Shown: positions 1-11,428 of the stretch, piece by piece
Layout: each line of letters opens with the position of its first letter
Numbering within the stretch: the first letter of the stretch is position 1
NCBI RefSeq assembly: GCF_020745735.1
Contig: NC_083409.1
Span: 19,426,341-19,490,340, forward strand
Source: Hemiscyllium ocellatum
Lineage: Eukaryota
Reading direction: 5' to 3'
DNA: 64,000 nt
Translations under genes and position numbers: made by a program
The notes under the pieces: model-generated
Databases searched by the model: none
Told to the model about the DNA's origin: nothing
What the model saw: only the letters and a program-made list of their open reading frames with translations

Positions 1-2040
1 TATTTACAGTTGAGAAGGACGTGGAAGTGAAGGAAATTTGGGAAATAAATGTTGATGTCTTGAGAAGTGTCCATATTACAGAAGAAGAGGTGCGGTAATC
101 TGTTCTGTAAACTCATAAAAATAGATAAATCCCCAGGACCTGATCAGCTCCATCCCAATACTTTGTGGGAAGCTTGGGAAGAGACAGTGATGCCCCTTGT
201 GGAGATGTTTGTATCATCAACAGCCACGGGTGATGTGCTGGAAGACTGGGGTGTGTCTAATGTTGAGCTGTTATTTAATAAGGTCTGCAAGGAATACCCA
301 GGGAATTATAGAGCAGTGAGTCTGATTGTGGTAAGTTGTTGGAGGGGAATTTGACAGACAGGATCTAAATGCATTTGGAAAGACAAGAATTGATTAGAGA
401 TAGTCCACATGGCTTTGTCAGTGGGAAAATGTGCCTTACAAAGTTTTTTGAGGACATGACCAATAAGATAGCTGAGGGAAGAGTGGTAGATATTGTCTAC
501 ATGGACTTTAGCAAGGCCTTTGACAATTTCCTGCATGGACATCTGGTTAGTAAGTTAGATCAAATGGGATCCAGGGACAGCAAGTTCATTAATACAAAAT
601 TGGCTTGATGGTTGGAGACAGAGTGTGGTGGTAGAGGGTTGCTGTTCAGACTGGAAGCCTGTGACAAGCGAAAGGATTGCTTCTGGGTTCATCATTGTTC
701 ATCATTTATAGAAACAAATTGAATGAGAATATAGGAAGCATAGTTTGTGAGTTTGAAGATGACACCAAAATTGACGGTTTCATGGTCAGTGAAGAAGGCT
801 ATTTGAGAGTACATTTACATTATGCATTGAGATAATAGCAAGCTGTTGCATTTTGATACAAAAACCAGGCCAGGGCTTACACAGTTAATTGTGGGGCCAT
901 GGGGAGTGTTGTCAAACAGGGAGACCAAGGGGTGGACGCACATAGAGGATTGAAACTGGTGTCACGTGTAGACAGGGTGGTGAAGAAAGTATTTGGTACA
1001 CTTGCCTTCATCGGGTATGGGAGTTGGGACATTATGTTACCGCTCCCCAAGATGTTGGTCTGGTCATGTTTCCAATCACCCTGCTATTGGAAGAATAGCA
1101 TTCAACTGGAAAGTGTGTAAAAAGGATGACAAGGATGCCACCAAGACTGGAGGGTTTGAGTTATAAGGAGAGGCTGGTTAGGCAGGGCTACTTTCCTTGG
1201 AAGCTCAGAAGCTGCAGGGTGACATTTTAGAGATTTATAAAATCATAATGGGTATGAATAAGGAGACTAGCTCAGGTCTTTTCCCCAAGGGAGGTTAGTG
1301 CAAACCTAGTGGGCAGAGGTTTAAAGTGAGAGAGGAAAGATTCAAAAGGGACCTGAGGTATTCCTCTTTCAGGCAGAGAGTGGTATTGAATGAACTGCCA
1401 GAGGAAGTCAGAGAGGCGAGTATGATTAAAACATTTAAAAGACATTTGAACAGGTACATGGGAAGAGAAAAGGGATAGGAAATGAGCCAAATGCAGGCAA
1501 ATGGGACTACGGGGAAATAGAAAAGATATATATTTCACAAAGGAAGTGAATATGTTGCAGATGGCGTGAAAGAAAATTCCCATGGAAGGTTCAGGGATGA
1601 GGAACGTCAGTTATGAAAATATATTGGAGAAGTTCAGACTGTCTTCCTTGGAGAAGAGAAGGCTGAGAGGAGATTTGTTTGAGGAATTCAACATCAGGAG
1701 GGGTCTGGACAGAGTAAACAGGGAGAAAATGTTCCCTCTCATCAAAGGATTGAGAGCGAGAGCCATAGATTGAAAGTAATTGTTAGAAGAAGCAGAAGTG
1801 AGACAAGGAAAAACATTTTCATGAAGCAAGTGGCTAAGGTGTGGAATGCACTGCCTGAGAGTGTGGTGGAGGCAGCTTCAATTGAAACATTCCGAAGGGA
1901 ATGAGAATGTTATTTGAAAAGGAACAATGTGCAGGGTGACAGGGAGAAGGCAGGAGAATGACACTCCGTGAATTGCTCATTCAGAGAGCTGTTCCAGACA
2001 GGATGGGTGGAATGGCCTCTTTGTGCACTGTAAAAATTCA
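1..2040 (+). mobile_element. Decayed CR1-type LINE ORF2 and 3' fragments
   Basis: ORF pieces such as PGNYRAVSL, DIVYMDFSKAFD and EKRRLRGDL are typical of the CR1 RT region; many stops and frameshifts. Confidence 0.85.
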
Positions 2041-2477
2041 GTGATTGTGTGATTGAGCAGAGTTAAAGCTGGGGGAGGTGGGAGCTCGGTGTCTCACTGT
2101 GCTGCTGCTGCTGCTGCTGCTGCTGCTGAGGTCAGTGAGATCAGAGACTGAGACAGGGAGCCAGAGCTCACATCAAACTCTGCCTCGTGTCTGTCACACT
2201 GAGACTGGCAGGAGGCTACTCACTGATTTCACTCCATGCTGCAGGAATGGGACCACAGGCTGCAAATGGGGAGAGCTCCTCCACACGGTGAGTAAAACTT
2301 ACTGACTTATATCTTGCTGCTTAAAGGGGGCAATGGAACTAAAGAAATACAGCTAGACACCCTGTTCGACACAGTGCTCCTCAATCAACCATTTCATTCA
2401 CTGCAGCTCCCCACCAACACCTTCAACAATTCAGCATTTGTGTTTTAGAAAGTTTTGTATTGAAAGGGTTTACTTAC

Positions 2478-2512
2478 TCAGTCTGAGCTTGGTTCCTTTA
2501 CCGAACGTAAGC
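2478..2512 (-). CDS. IGKJ: Ig kappa-type J segment, left unit (LTFGKGTKLRL)
   Basis: FGXG motif, 35 nt, phase-1 donor A|GTAAGT, abuts the 23-RSS. Confidence 0.96.
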
Positions 2513-2551
2513 CACAGTGAGAGCTCCCAGTGCAGAGGCTGTACAAAAACC
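2513..2551 (-). other. 23-bp-spacer RSS of left J
   Basis: On the + strand: CACAGTG 2513-2519, 23-nt spacer, ACAAAAACC 2543-2551; faces the V 12-RSS. Confidence 0.97.
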
Positions 2552-2725
2552 TCAGCTCTCTGCTTCCCTCCGTCACTCTCACTCTCTCCCTGTCTCTCTC
2601 TCTCTGTCTCTCACGTACTCTCACCTTCTCTTTGTCATTCATGTTTTTCTGTTTTTTTTCTCATTCTGTTTCTTTCTCTCTCTCTTTCTCCTTCTCTCTC
2701 ACTCTCTCTCTCTCTCTCTCTCTGG
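2552..2725. repeat. (CT)n-rich polypyrimidine tract between left V-RSS and J-RSS (GA-rich counterpart 56700-56826)
   Basis: Direct reading. Confidence 0.85.
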
Positions 2726-3097
2726 GTTGAGTCCACCTGGTTTCAGGAGGTTTGTGAACTTTATATTTTGATGTTAAATCTTGCAGCTGCTCTTTACATG
2801 TGGCCATGGAGTGGAAGAGGGAAACTTGAGGCCTTCAGTGAGCTGTGGACATCACAGGGACTGGAGTGTGTCGTGGACATTGACAATCCCAGCACGGGTT
2901 AATTTGTTCAGTTCCATTTATCTATAACTGTTGACTTGTCAATCTAGGAGGTGTATGTGTGTGTGTTCTCTATTATATATTAAATATATATAATTGTGGG
3001 AGGTGTCAGTACAGGAGGTGGGACTGTGTGTCCATTATTATATATTATATCTAGCAGTGGGATGTGTCAGTACAGGAGGTGGGACTATGTATATCGA

Positions 3098-3125
3098 GGT
3101 TTTTGTACGGTTCTGTATCACTGTG
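3098..3125 (-). other. 12-bp-spacer RSS of left V (CACAGTG-ATACAGAACCGT-ACAAAAACC)
   Basis: Consensus heptamer 3119-3125, 12-nt spacer, consensus nonamer 3098-3106. Confidence 0.97.
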
Positions 3126-3427
3126 CCAAGGCCAGCTCTCACTTTGCTGACAGTAATAATCAGCGACATCCTCATTCTGAACATTGCTGATTGTCAGGGT
3201 GAAATGTGTGCTGGACACTTGTGTCCCTGTGAATCTGCTGGAGACTCCTGTGTATCGAGCTGTTGCATCATAGATCAGGAGAGAGGGTTTCTGTCCTTCC
3301 CGCTGCTGGAACCATTCAACATCAGCACTGGCACTCTCACTGGATTTACAGGTGATGGTTGCAGTCTGGCCCAGTCCCACTGACAGCACCGGGGGAGACT
3401 GGGTCATGATGATGTCCCCACTGATAC
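3126..3427 (-). CDS. IGKV: Ig kappa-type V exon, left unit ([101 protein letters not shown])
   Basis: Acceptor CCTCAG|GT; open frame with both Cys, the conserved Trp and the DYYC motif; followed directly by a perfect 12-RSS. The ORF-track start at 3545 lies in the intron. Confidence 0.96.
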
Positions 3428-3613
3428 CTGAGGGGTCAGAGAGAAACACAGTGAAGTCAGAACTGTCACAGAAAGAGCCGGTCAAATGAGAGATTGTTGG
3501 AGACACTGAGCATTCCTCTGGTTTCAGCATTTTCCCTTCAGTCACAAGTCAGTGGAATTGGAGTGAAATGGAGAGCAGCTAAAGATTCAAGGTGGTAGGA
3601 GAGAGATTTGTAC

Positions 3614-3662
3614 CTGCAACACAGAATGCCAGGGGCCAGATCAGCTGGATGTGTGAAATCAT
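3614..3662 (-). CDS. IGKV: Ig kappa-type light chain leader exon, left unit (MISHIQLIWPLAFCVA-G)
   Basis: ATG at 3662-3660, 49-nt phase-1 exon ending GCAG|GTAC; near-identical to the leader at 55842-55890; hydrophobic signal peptide. Confidence 0.93.
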
Positions 3663-3720
3663 GGTGTGTGTTCCTGTCCCTGTGCCTGGTTCCTGATAAA
3701 CTCTCCCTTCCCTGGGCTCT

Positions 3721-3822
3721 GCTTTATAAAGCTGAGCCTGTGAGAGTCTGACTGGGTGTTCCTCAGTATGTAAATGAGATCAGGCAGAGAGAGCCACGTC
3801 AGCCCCTCACACTTCCTCTTCT
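3721..3822 (-). promoter_or_regulatory. Left V promoter: TATA (3721-3730), octamer variant ATTTACAT (3768-3775), CRE-like TGACGTGG (3794-3801), ETS/PU.1-type GAGGAAGTG
   Basis: Motifs read on the minus strand, in the same order as in the right promoter; octamer position resembles mammalian V-kappa promoters. Confidence 0.7.
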
Positions 3823-4265
3823 CTCTCTCTGTCTCATCCTTCCCTAGTTCCTCCCACCCTTTTCCCTTCTATATCTTTTTCACCTTTCACTTGAATATAA
3901 TCCCTCTTACATTGACTTACTCCCTCTTTTTCTTTTGATCTCCCTTTCCTTCTGTGTTGGTTGGTCTGTCTTTCTCTCTCTCTCTCTCTGATCATCCATT
4001 CCTCTCCATCACTTATCTTTCTACCTGTTTCCTCACTCGTCCCCTCAATCACTCATTGCCTCACTCCGTCCTTGTCTCTCTCTCTCCAGTCACTCTCTAA
4101 CTGATCTCTATAGCAGGTGTTATTCCAGCACAATGGAACACTGAGTCCTGGGGCAGCAGCTAAATGCCTCACCCTCTCTCACTCAATCTCACAATGTGCA
4201 CTTGCTCTCTCTCTCTCTCACTCAATCTCTCCCTCTCTCGCTGTCTTCTGTCTCTCTATCTCTCA
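3820..4265. repeat. CT-rich low-complexity tract upstream of the left V promoter (GA-rich mirror 55130-55685; similar tracts 5090-5430, 25000-25455, 54345-54670)
   Basis: Direct reading. Confidence 0.85.
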
Positions 4266-4390
4266 ATCAGAAGCTCAATGACATGAACAGCATTTAACAA
4301 CATGTACAAGTCATCAACGCTAATCCCACCTTGGCATTGAGGGAGAGGATCAGCCAGGATCATATTGAATGACAGAGCAGCCTCACAAGA

Positions 4391-4783
4391 CCAAACCCAA
4401 GCCCAAACCCGAACCCTAACCCGAACACTAACCCTAACCCTGACCCTGACCCTAACCCAAACCCAAACCCAAACCCCAACCCCAACCCCAACCCTAACCC
4501 AACCCTTACCAGAACCTGAACCCGACCCCTAACCCGTACCCTAACCCTAACCCAAACATTAACCCTAACCCTAACCCTAACCGGTACTCTAACCCAAACC
4601 CTAACCCGAACCCAAACCCAAACCCTAACCCTAACCCATACCCTAACCCAAACCCAAACGCAAACCCCAACCCCAACCCCAACCCCAACCCCAACCCTAA
4701 CCCTTACCCGAACCCTTACCCTAACCCAAACCCCAACCCAAACCCAAACCCTAACCCGTAACCTAATCCGTACCTTAACCAGA
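4391..4783 (-). repeat. Degenerate interstitial telomere-like hexamer array (CCCTAA/CCCAAA/CCCCAA/CCCGAA on +)
   Basis: Direct reading of about 390 bp of tandem 6-mers including exact CCCTAA runs. Confidence 0.9.
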
Positions 4784-5824
4784 ACGTTACTTCTGCTCCC
4801 TGTTTCTATATTTGTATGTCTGTGTTATCTTCAATCTCTGCCCCTGGGTATTGATTCCTCTACTCATGCAAAAATTGCCTTCCTATCCACGCTATCTCTG
4901 CCCCTCATAATCTTATAGCCCTTTATTAGGTCCCCTTTCAACCTTCACTGCTGCAACGTAAACAATCCCAGCCTTTCCAATCCTTCCTCATAGCTCAGAC
5001 TCTCCAGGCTAGGCAGCATCCTGGGAAATCTCTGCATCCTCTCGAGTACGGTCATATCCTTCTCATAATGTGGTGACCAGAACCTGTCTATCTCTTTCTC
5101 TCATTCATTAGATTCTCTTTACTCCTAATCTCACACCTACTCTGCATCTTTCTCTCTCTCGCTCCTCTCCCTCAGTCACAGTTTCATTCTCTATCTCATT
5201 CTCTCTCTCTCTTTCTCTCTCTTTCTATTATTCAACCCCACCATCTCTACCTCCCTCTAACTCCCTGTCCCTCTCCCTCTCTACCTTTACTTATCTTACA
5301 TTTCCTCAGACTCACTCTACCTCTTTCTCTTTCACACCCTGTCCTCTCTCTCTCTCTCTCCAACTGGCCCTCTCCCTCTCTCACTTTCTCTCTCTGTCTT
5401 ACTCTATCTCCCTCTCTCTTTCTTTCCCACAACATCCCAGGTGGTAACAGTTCAATACAGGGTAAATCTCCCTCTGCTCTGTCCCACCAATGGATGTTAA
5501 CCCTTGACCCCAGAAGCATGTCTTCTCTTGGAGGAAGGTCCTGTTTCCCACATTGATCAGGCTTTGGTATCTCTCAGGAAGACAGACATATTATTGCCAA
5601 ACGAAGGGCAGTTTTGTGCTGTTGGCCTATTCTCACTGGGGACTGGTTTGGACACAAACCTCATTCCATGAAGGCCCAGCAGAGAGAGGAGATCCTTAGG
5701 CCATCAGTGTGAGCTGGAGGGACAGCACAGGCTCTGACCCACTGACCCATCCTGTCCATTTACAACATGTTCCAATACCTTCTCCTCTCCTTCTCCTTCC
5801 ATGGTCAAGCTCCAGTTTTACTGT

Positions 5825-6640
5825 CAAGGGAAGAACCCTCCTGTTCCTCACCATCCACCCCACCGACCTTCGTATACATTGCATCATCTTCCGTTATTTC
5901 CCCCACCTATAAACAGACTCCAGCAACAAAGATATATAAACCCCTTCCCATCCCTATCCGCTTTCCATAAAGACCATTCCCTCCGTGACTCCCTCATCAG
6001 GTCCACACCCCCCCCCCCCCAACCAATCCACCGTCCCCAGTGGGCACCTTACCCTGCCACCACAGAAACCTGAGCCCACAACTCCCCCCTCACCTCTGTC
6101 CAAAACCTCAAAGGAGCCTTCCACATCCATCAAAGTTTCACCTACACTTCCACATGTGTCATTTACTGTATCCGTTGCTCCCAATGCGGTCTCTTCTAAT
6201 TGAGAAGACAGGACGTCTACGAGCAGAATGCTTCAGAGAACATCTCCGGACACTCGCACCAACCAACCTCACCGCCCCTGGCCAAACACTTCAACTCTGC
6301 CTCCTGCTCTGCCAAGGACATGTAGGTCATGGGCCTCCTACATCACCACTTCCTAGCCACCCGACACCTGGAGGAAGAACGCCTCATCTTCCGCCTCAGG
6401 ACCCTCCAACCCCACGGCATCAATGTGAATTTCACCAGGTTCCACGTTTCCCCTCTCCCCATCTTATCCCAGTTTCAATCTTTCAACTCAGCACTGTCCC
6501 ATCTGTCCCCTCATGACCTGTAACATCTGTCAATCTTTCGTCCCACCTATCCTCTCCGCCCTCCTCTCCGACTGATCACCATTACCCATACCACCATCTA
6601 CCTATCACACTCTCAGCTTCCTTCCCTCCAATTTTGGAAT
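5825..6640 (+). mobile_element. Penelope-like element fragment (linker and GIY-YIG region)
   Basis: DHSLRDSLIRST and EKTGRLRAECFREHL match the frames at 15400-15792 and 11903-12130. Confidence 0.7.
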
Positions 6641-7933
6641 GAGGAGCAGGAAGAGATAATTCAGTCCTTCGAGCCCTGATCTTGTCTGACCTTATCCTCA
6701 TCTCCACTTTCCAGACTGCTTCCTATTGCCCTCTACCCTGCTTTTCATCAGAAAGATATCTGTTTCTTTATTGAATCTGTTGATTGACTTTGCCTCCACT
6801 GCGCTCTGGGGGCAGTGACTTCCACAGATTCTCAACCCTCTGAGAGAACGCGTTACAATAGAACAGAATCCCTTCAGTATGGAAGCAGGTCATTTGGCCC
6901 AACAAGTCCATAGCGGCCCTTCAAAGAGCATTCCACCCAGACCCAACCCCTTACCCTTTCCCTGTAACCCTACATTTCCCATGACTAATGAACCTACTCT
7001 ACACATCCCTGAACACAATGGGAAATTTAGCATAGCCAATCCTCCTAGTACATACATCTTTCAACTGTGGGAGCAGCTGCCCAAGGGTGGGATCAAACCC
7101 AGCGCCCTGAACTGTGAGGCAGTAGTGCTAACACTGCACCACCATGCCATTGTAGTTTATCCTCATCGCAGTTTTGAATCTACCTCACCCATTCTATATC
7201 TATGACCTATTGTTCGAGACTGTCCCACAGGAGAGAACATCTGATCCACGTCTGGCTTATCAATTCCCTTTAGCATCTTATATACGTCTCTCAGATCCCC
7301 CCTCACGCGACTGAATTCCAGTCAATACAAGCCCAAGCTATTCAAACATTCCTCATACGACAGCCTTTTCATCCCGGGAATCAGTCTGGTGAACATCCTC
7401 TGAACTGCATCCAGTGCCACCATATCCTTCATCAAGTAAGGAGACCAAAACTGGACACAATACTTCAGATGTGGTCTCACCAATGCCTCCCAGAATTGTA
7501 ACAATATTTCTTTATTTCTGTAATTCAGTCCATTTATAATAAATACCAAAATTCCAATTGCTGCAAGAAATGCCAACATTCCAATTCCATGGGACTCAAT
7601 TGGAACCTCCAACAGAGATCAGTAAACGTGGGCCTCCTTCCATCTGGACTCTCCAACAGACGCCAATAAACTTGTACCTCATTCCCACTGGGCCATCCAA
7701 CAGAGATCAGTAACCGTGGGCCTCCATCCCACTGGGTTGTCTAATGGACAAGCGTGAGCATGGGCCTCTTTCCCACTGGAGCCTCCATATTGGAAATTCA
7801 AACCCCACATCCTCTCCATCACGAGGTCTTTTATTTCAATCTCCACAAGGTTGATCGTCTATGCACTACATCAGCCCCTTGACCACAGAAACCTTTATTC
7901 CTGCTCATCCCATATCCAAACTCTCCCAGCTTA

Positions 7934-10165
7934 GAGTCATAGAGTCAGAGAGATAGACAACACGGAAACAGACCCTTAGGTCTAACCTATCCATGCCGAC
8001 CAGATATCCCAACCAATTCTCGTCCCACCTGCCAGCACCTGACCCATATCCCTCCTAACCCTTCCTATTCATATGCCCATCCAGATATCTTTTAAATGTT
8101 GTAATTGTACCAGCCTCCACCACTTCCTCTGGCAGCCCATTCCATAGACATACCACCCGATGCATGAAAAAGCTACCCCTCAATACTCTTTTTTTCTTTC
8201 CCCTCTCACCCTAAACGTCAGCTCTCTCGTTCTAGACTCCCCTACCCCAAGGAAAATACTTTGTATATCTACCCTATCCATGCTCCTCATCATTTTGTAA
8301 ACCCCCAAAAGGCCATTCCTCAGCCTACAACATTCCAAGGAAAATAGCCCTAGCCTATTCAACCTCTCCCTATAGCTCAAATCCTCCAACCCTGGCAACA
8401 TCCTTTTAAATGTTTTCTGAACCTTTTCAAGTTTTACAACATCCTTCTGAAAGGAAGGAGACTCGAAAAGCACAGAATATTCCAAAATTGGTCAAAGCAA
8501 TGAGGAGAAAGTGAGGTCTGCAGATGCTGGAGATCAGAGCTGAAAATGTGTTGCTGGAAAAGTGCAGCAGGTCACGCAGCATCCAAGGAACAGGAAATTC
8601 GACGTTTCAGGCATAAGCAATGTCCTGTTCAGCCACAACATGACCTCCCAACTCCTGTTCTCAATACACTGAACAATAAAGGAAAGCATACCAAATGCCT
8701 TCTTCACTATCCTATCTACCTGCGATTCTACTTTCAAGGAGCTATGAACCTGCACTCCAAGGTCTCTTTGTTTAGCAACACTCCCTGTGACCTTACCATT
8801 AAGTTTAGATTAGATTAGATTAGATTACTTACAGTGTGGAAACAAGCCCTTCAGCCCAACAAGTCCATACCGACCCGTCGAAGCGCAACCCACCCATACC
8901 CCTACATTTACCCCTTAACTAATACTACGGACAATTTAGCATGGCCAATTCACCTGACCCGCACATCTTTGGACTGTGGGAGGAAACCGGAGCACCCGGA
9001 GGAAACCCACGCAGCCACGGGGAGAACGTGCAAACTCCACACAGTCAGTCGCCTGAGTCGGGAATTGAACCCGGGTCTCAGGCGCTGTGAGACAGCAGTG
9101 CTAACCACTGTGCCACTGTGCCGTGTATAAGTCCTTCTAAGATTTGCTTTCCCACAATGCAGCATTTATCTAAATCAAACTCCATCTGCCACTCCTCAGC
9201 CCATTGGCTCATCTGATCAAGATCCGATTGTAACCTGAGGTAACCTTCTTCACTGTCCACTACACCTCCAATTTTGGTGTCATCTGCAAACTTACTAACT
9301 CTACCTCTTAAGCACACATCCAAATCATTTATATAAATGATGAAAAGTAGCAATGATCTTTGTGGCACTCCACTGGTCACAGGCCTCCAATCTGCAAAAC
9401 AACCCTCCAACACCACCCTCTGTCTTCTAATTTTGAGCCATTTCTGTATCCAAATGGCCAGTTCTCCCTGTATTCGGTGAGATCTAAACTTGCTAACCAG
9501 TCTCCCATGGGGAATCTTGTTGAACGCCTTACTGAAGTCCATCTAGATCCTGTCTACCATTCTGCCCTCATCAATCCACTTCGTTATTTCTTCAAGTTTG
9601 TGAGACATGATTTCCCAAGTAGAAAGCCATGTCGACTATCCCAAATCAGTCCTTGCCTTTCCAAATACATGTACATCCAGTCCCTCAGAATTCCCTCCAC
9701 CAACTTGCCCACCAAGACGTCAGGCTCACTTGTCTATAGTTCCCTGGCTTGTCCTTACCACCTTTCTTAAACAGTGGCACCACATTAGCCAACTTCCAGA
9801 CTTCCAGCACCTCACCTGTGACTATTGATGATACAAATATCTCAGCAAGAGGCCCAGCAATCACTTCCCTAGCTTCCCACAGAGTTCTAGGGTACACCTG
9901 ATCAGATCCTGAGGATTTATCCATTTTTATGCATTTCAAGACATCCAGCACTTCCTCCCCTGATATATGGATATTTTTCAAGGCGTCACCATCTATTTCC
10001 CTCCATTCTATATCACCCATTTCCTTTTCCACAAAATACTTGCTCAGTATCTCCCCCATCTCCTGCAGCTCCAAACAAAGGCCACCAAGCTAAAATTTGA
10101 GCGGCCCTAATCTCTCCCTAGTTACCCTTTTGTCCTTAATGTATTTGTAATGTCCCTTTGGATCT
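7934..10165 (-). mobile_element. 5'-truncated CR1 LINE, left-arm specific, with nested Penelope terminal fragment (8501-8618) and V-SINE
   Basis: AGAGTCAT-type tail at 7934; RT motifs MDFSKAF and KFADDTKIGG; the flanks join directly in the right arm near 52190-52220. Confidence 0.88.
8804..9123 (-). mobile_element. Young tRNA-derived V-SINE (HE1-like)
   Basis: tRNA-like head (GGCACAGTGGTTAGCACTGCTG, GGTTCAATTCC), V-domain core, (TCTAA)n tail; near-identical to 21662-21972, 45428-45736 and 62792-63109. Confidence 0.9.
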
Positions 10166-10964
10166 TCCTCAACCTTTGCTCTGTAAATTCCAAATTGTCT
10201 GCAACAGACTAGTCCCTTCCCTGTCTCACACCAAGGAGGAGATTGTCCATCAATAATGATTAGAAGGGTATGGAGAATGGAGGTGGTCAGAATTGATCAA
10301 ACAGATGATAGCTCCTGCAGTTGAATATCCTGCTGGCAGGCTCCAGCCTTTTACACACAGAATGGGGAAGTGTGTATTGTGGGCTCCTTGGAACTATCCC
10401 TCATCATCAAGTGTCCCTCAGGAGGGGAGAGAGAATGTTCAGGGTCCTGAGCTCTATTTCCCAGCCCAGGCAGTTTGTCTCCCAGTGAATGAATGAGATG
10501 CCAATTTGGAACCCAGGTTAGGGACAGTCTCTGCTGTGGACTCAGGTCTACAAGAGGCAACTAGAGATCAAGCTGAAAAGGAAAGATTTACTGGGTTATG
10601 GGGAGAGGGAGGGGCAGTGGGATTAATTGGATCACTCACAGACATGATGGGCTGAATGGTCTTCTCGTGTGCTAGGGGCAGCAAATTTAGGACTGAATTG
10701 AGAAGGAATTTCTTCACCCAGAAGGTTGTGAATCTATGGAATTCCCTGCCCAGCGAAGTGGTTGAGGTTTCCTCAGTAAATGTTTTTAAAGCTAAGACAG
10801 GTAATTTTTTGAACAGTAAATGAATCAAGGGTTTTGGTGAAAAGGTGGGTAAGGGGGAGCTGAGGCCATGAAAAGATCAGCCATGATCTTACAGAATGGC
10901 ACAGCAGCCCAAGAGGCCAGAGAGCCTGCTCCTGCTCCTAGTTTTAATGTTCTTATGTGCTGTC

Positions 10965-11300
10965 AGATTCCAGGGAGTACGGACAGTTCACAGTTTTCTT
11001 CCGTCTCAGTAACAAACGTCCAGCTGCTCCGAGCTCCTTCTTTCACTTCCTCTCTTGGTGAAGTTTCAACCTTGTGCTCTGACAGTCTGCAGTTATTTTT
11101 TACACCGGGGCTTTCTGCTGTGGTCAGAATCTCTAATAATAAGTGTCTAATCAGTGACAATCATAGCAGCTAAGAGCAGTCAGGACTGAGGAGCCAGGCT
11201 CACTGGGAAACACATTGGGATGCTCAAAGCCATCCTCTTCAGCTCCTGGTACAACCTCCATCCCTCTCCCTGAGCACTGTCTGCTGCTCAACCAGACTCT
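10965..11300 (-). promoter_or_regulatory. Candidate lymphoid enhancer module, copy 1 (ETS-IRF composite GGAAGTGAAA at 11041-11050; E-box CAGCTG at 11021-11026)
   Basis: Not recognisable as a repeat; three conserved copies. Function is inferred from motifs only. Confidence 0.5.
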
Positions 11301-11428
11301 TTGCAAAAACAGAATACCTCAGCAGGCCTGGCTGCATCTGGTGAAAGAAATCAGCAATAACATTTCGGGTGGCGTGACCTTTCCTCTGAACAGTTCTGAA
11401 GAAGGTTCACTTGTCTCAAAATGTTAAC

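Noticed and set aside
2078-2305. ORF MGARCLTVLLLLLLLLLRS... resembling a signal peptide (mirror 57111-57314)
   Set aside because: It starts at GTG, the poly-Leu comes from a (CTG)n microsatellite, and the reading frame is not conserved between the two copies.
3447-3453. Heptamer in the leader-V intron (mirror 56051-56057) as a V-replacement signal
   Set aside because: There is no nonamer at 12 or 23 bp, only a partial match at 14 bp. The FR3 cryptic heptamer TACTGTG is also absent (TACTGTC/TACTGTA).
3428-3545. N-terminal extension of ORFs 3051-3545 and 55959-56453
   Set aside because: This is intronic read-through; the real N-terminus is the separate leader exon.
4506-4694. Gly/Leu/Phe-repeat ORF
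   Set aside because: It is a translation of the telomere-like hexamer array.
5441-5700. Frame containing TYYC in the triplicated block, suggesting an Ig-domain pseudo-exon
   Set aside because: No other Ig framework residues are present, and the motif is not kept in the other two copies.
8804-9123. tRNA gene
   Set aside because: The tRNA-like A and B boxes belong to SINE heads; no complete cloverleaf is present.
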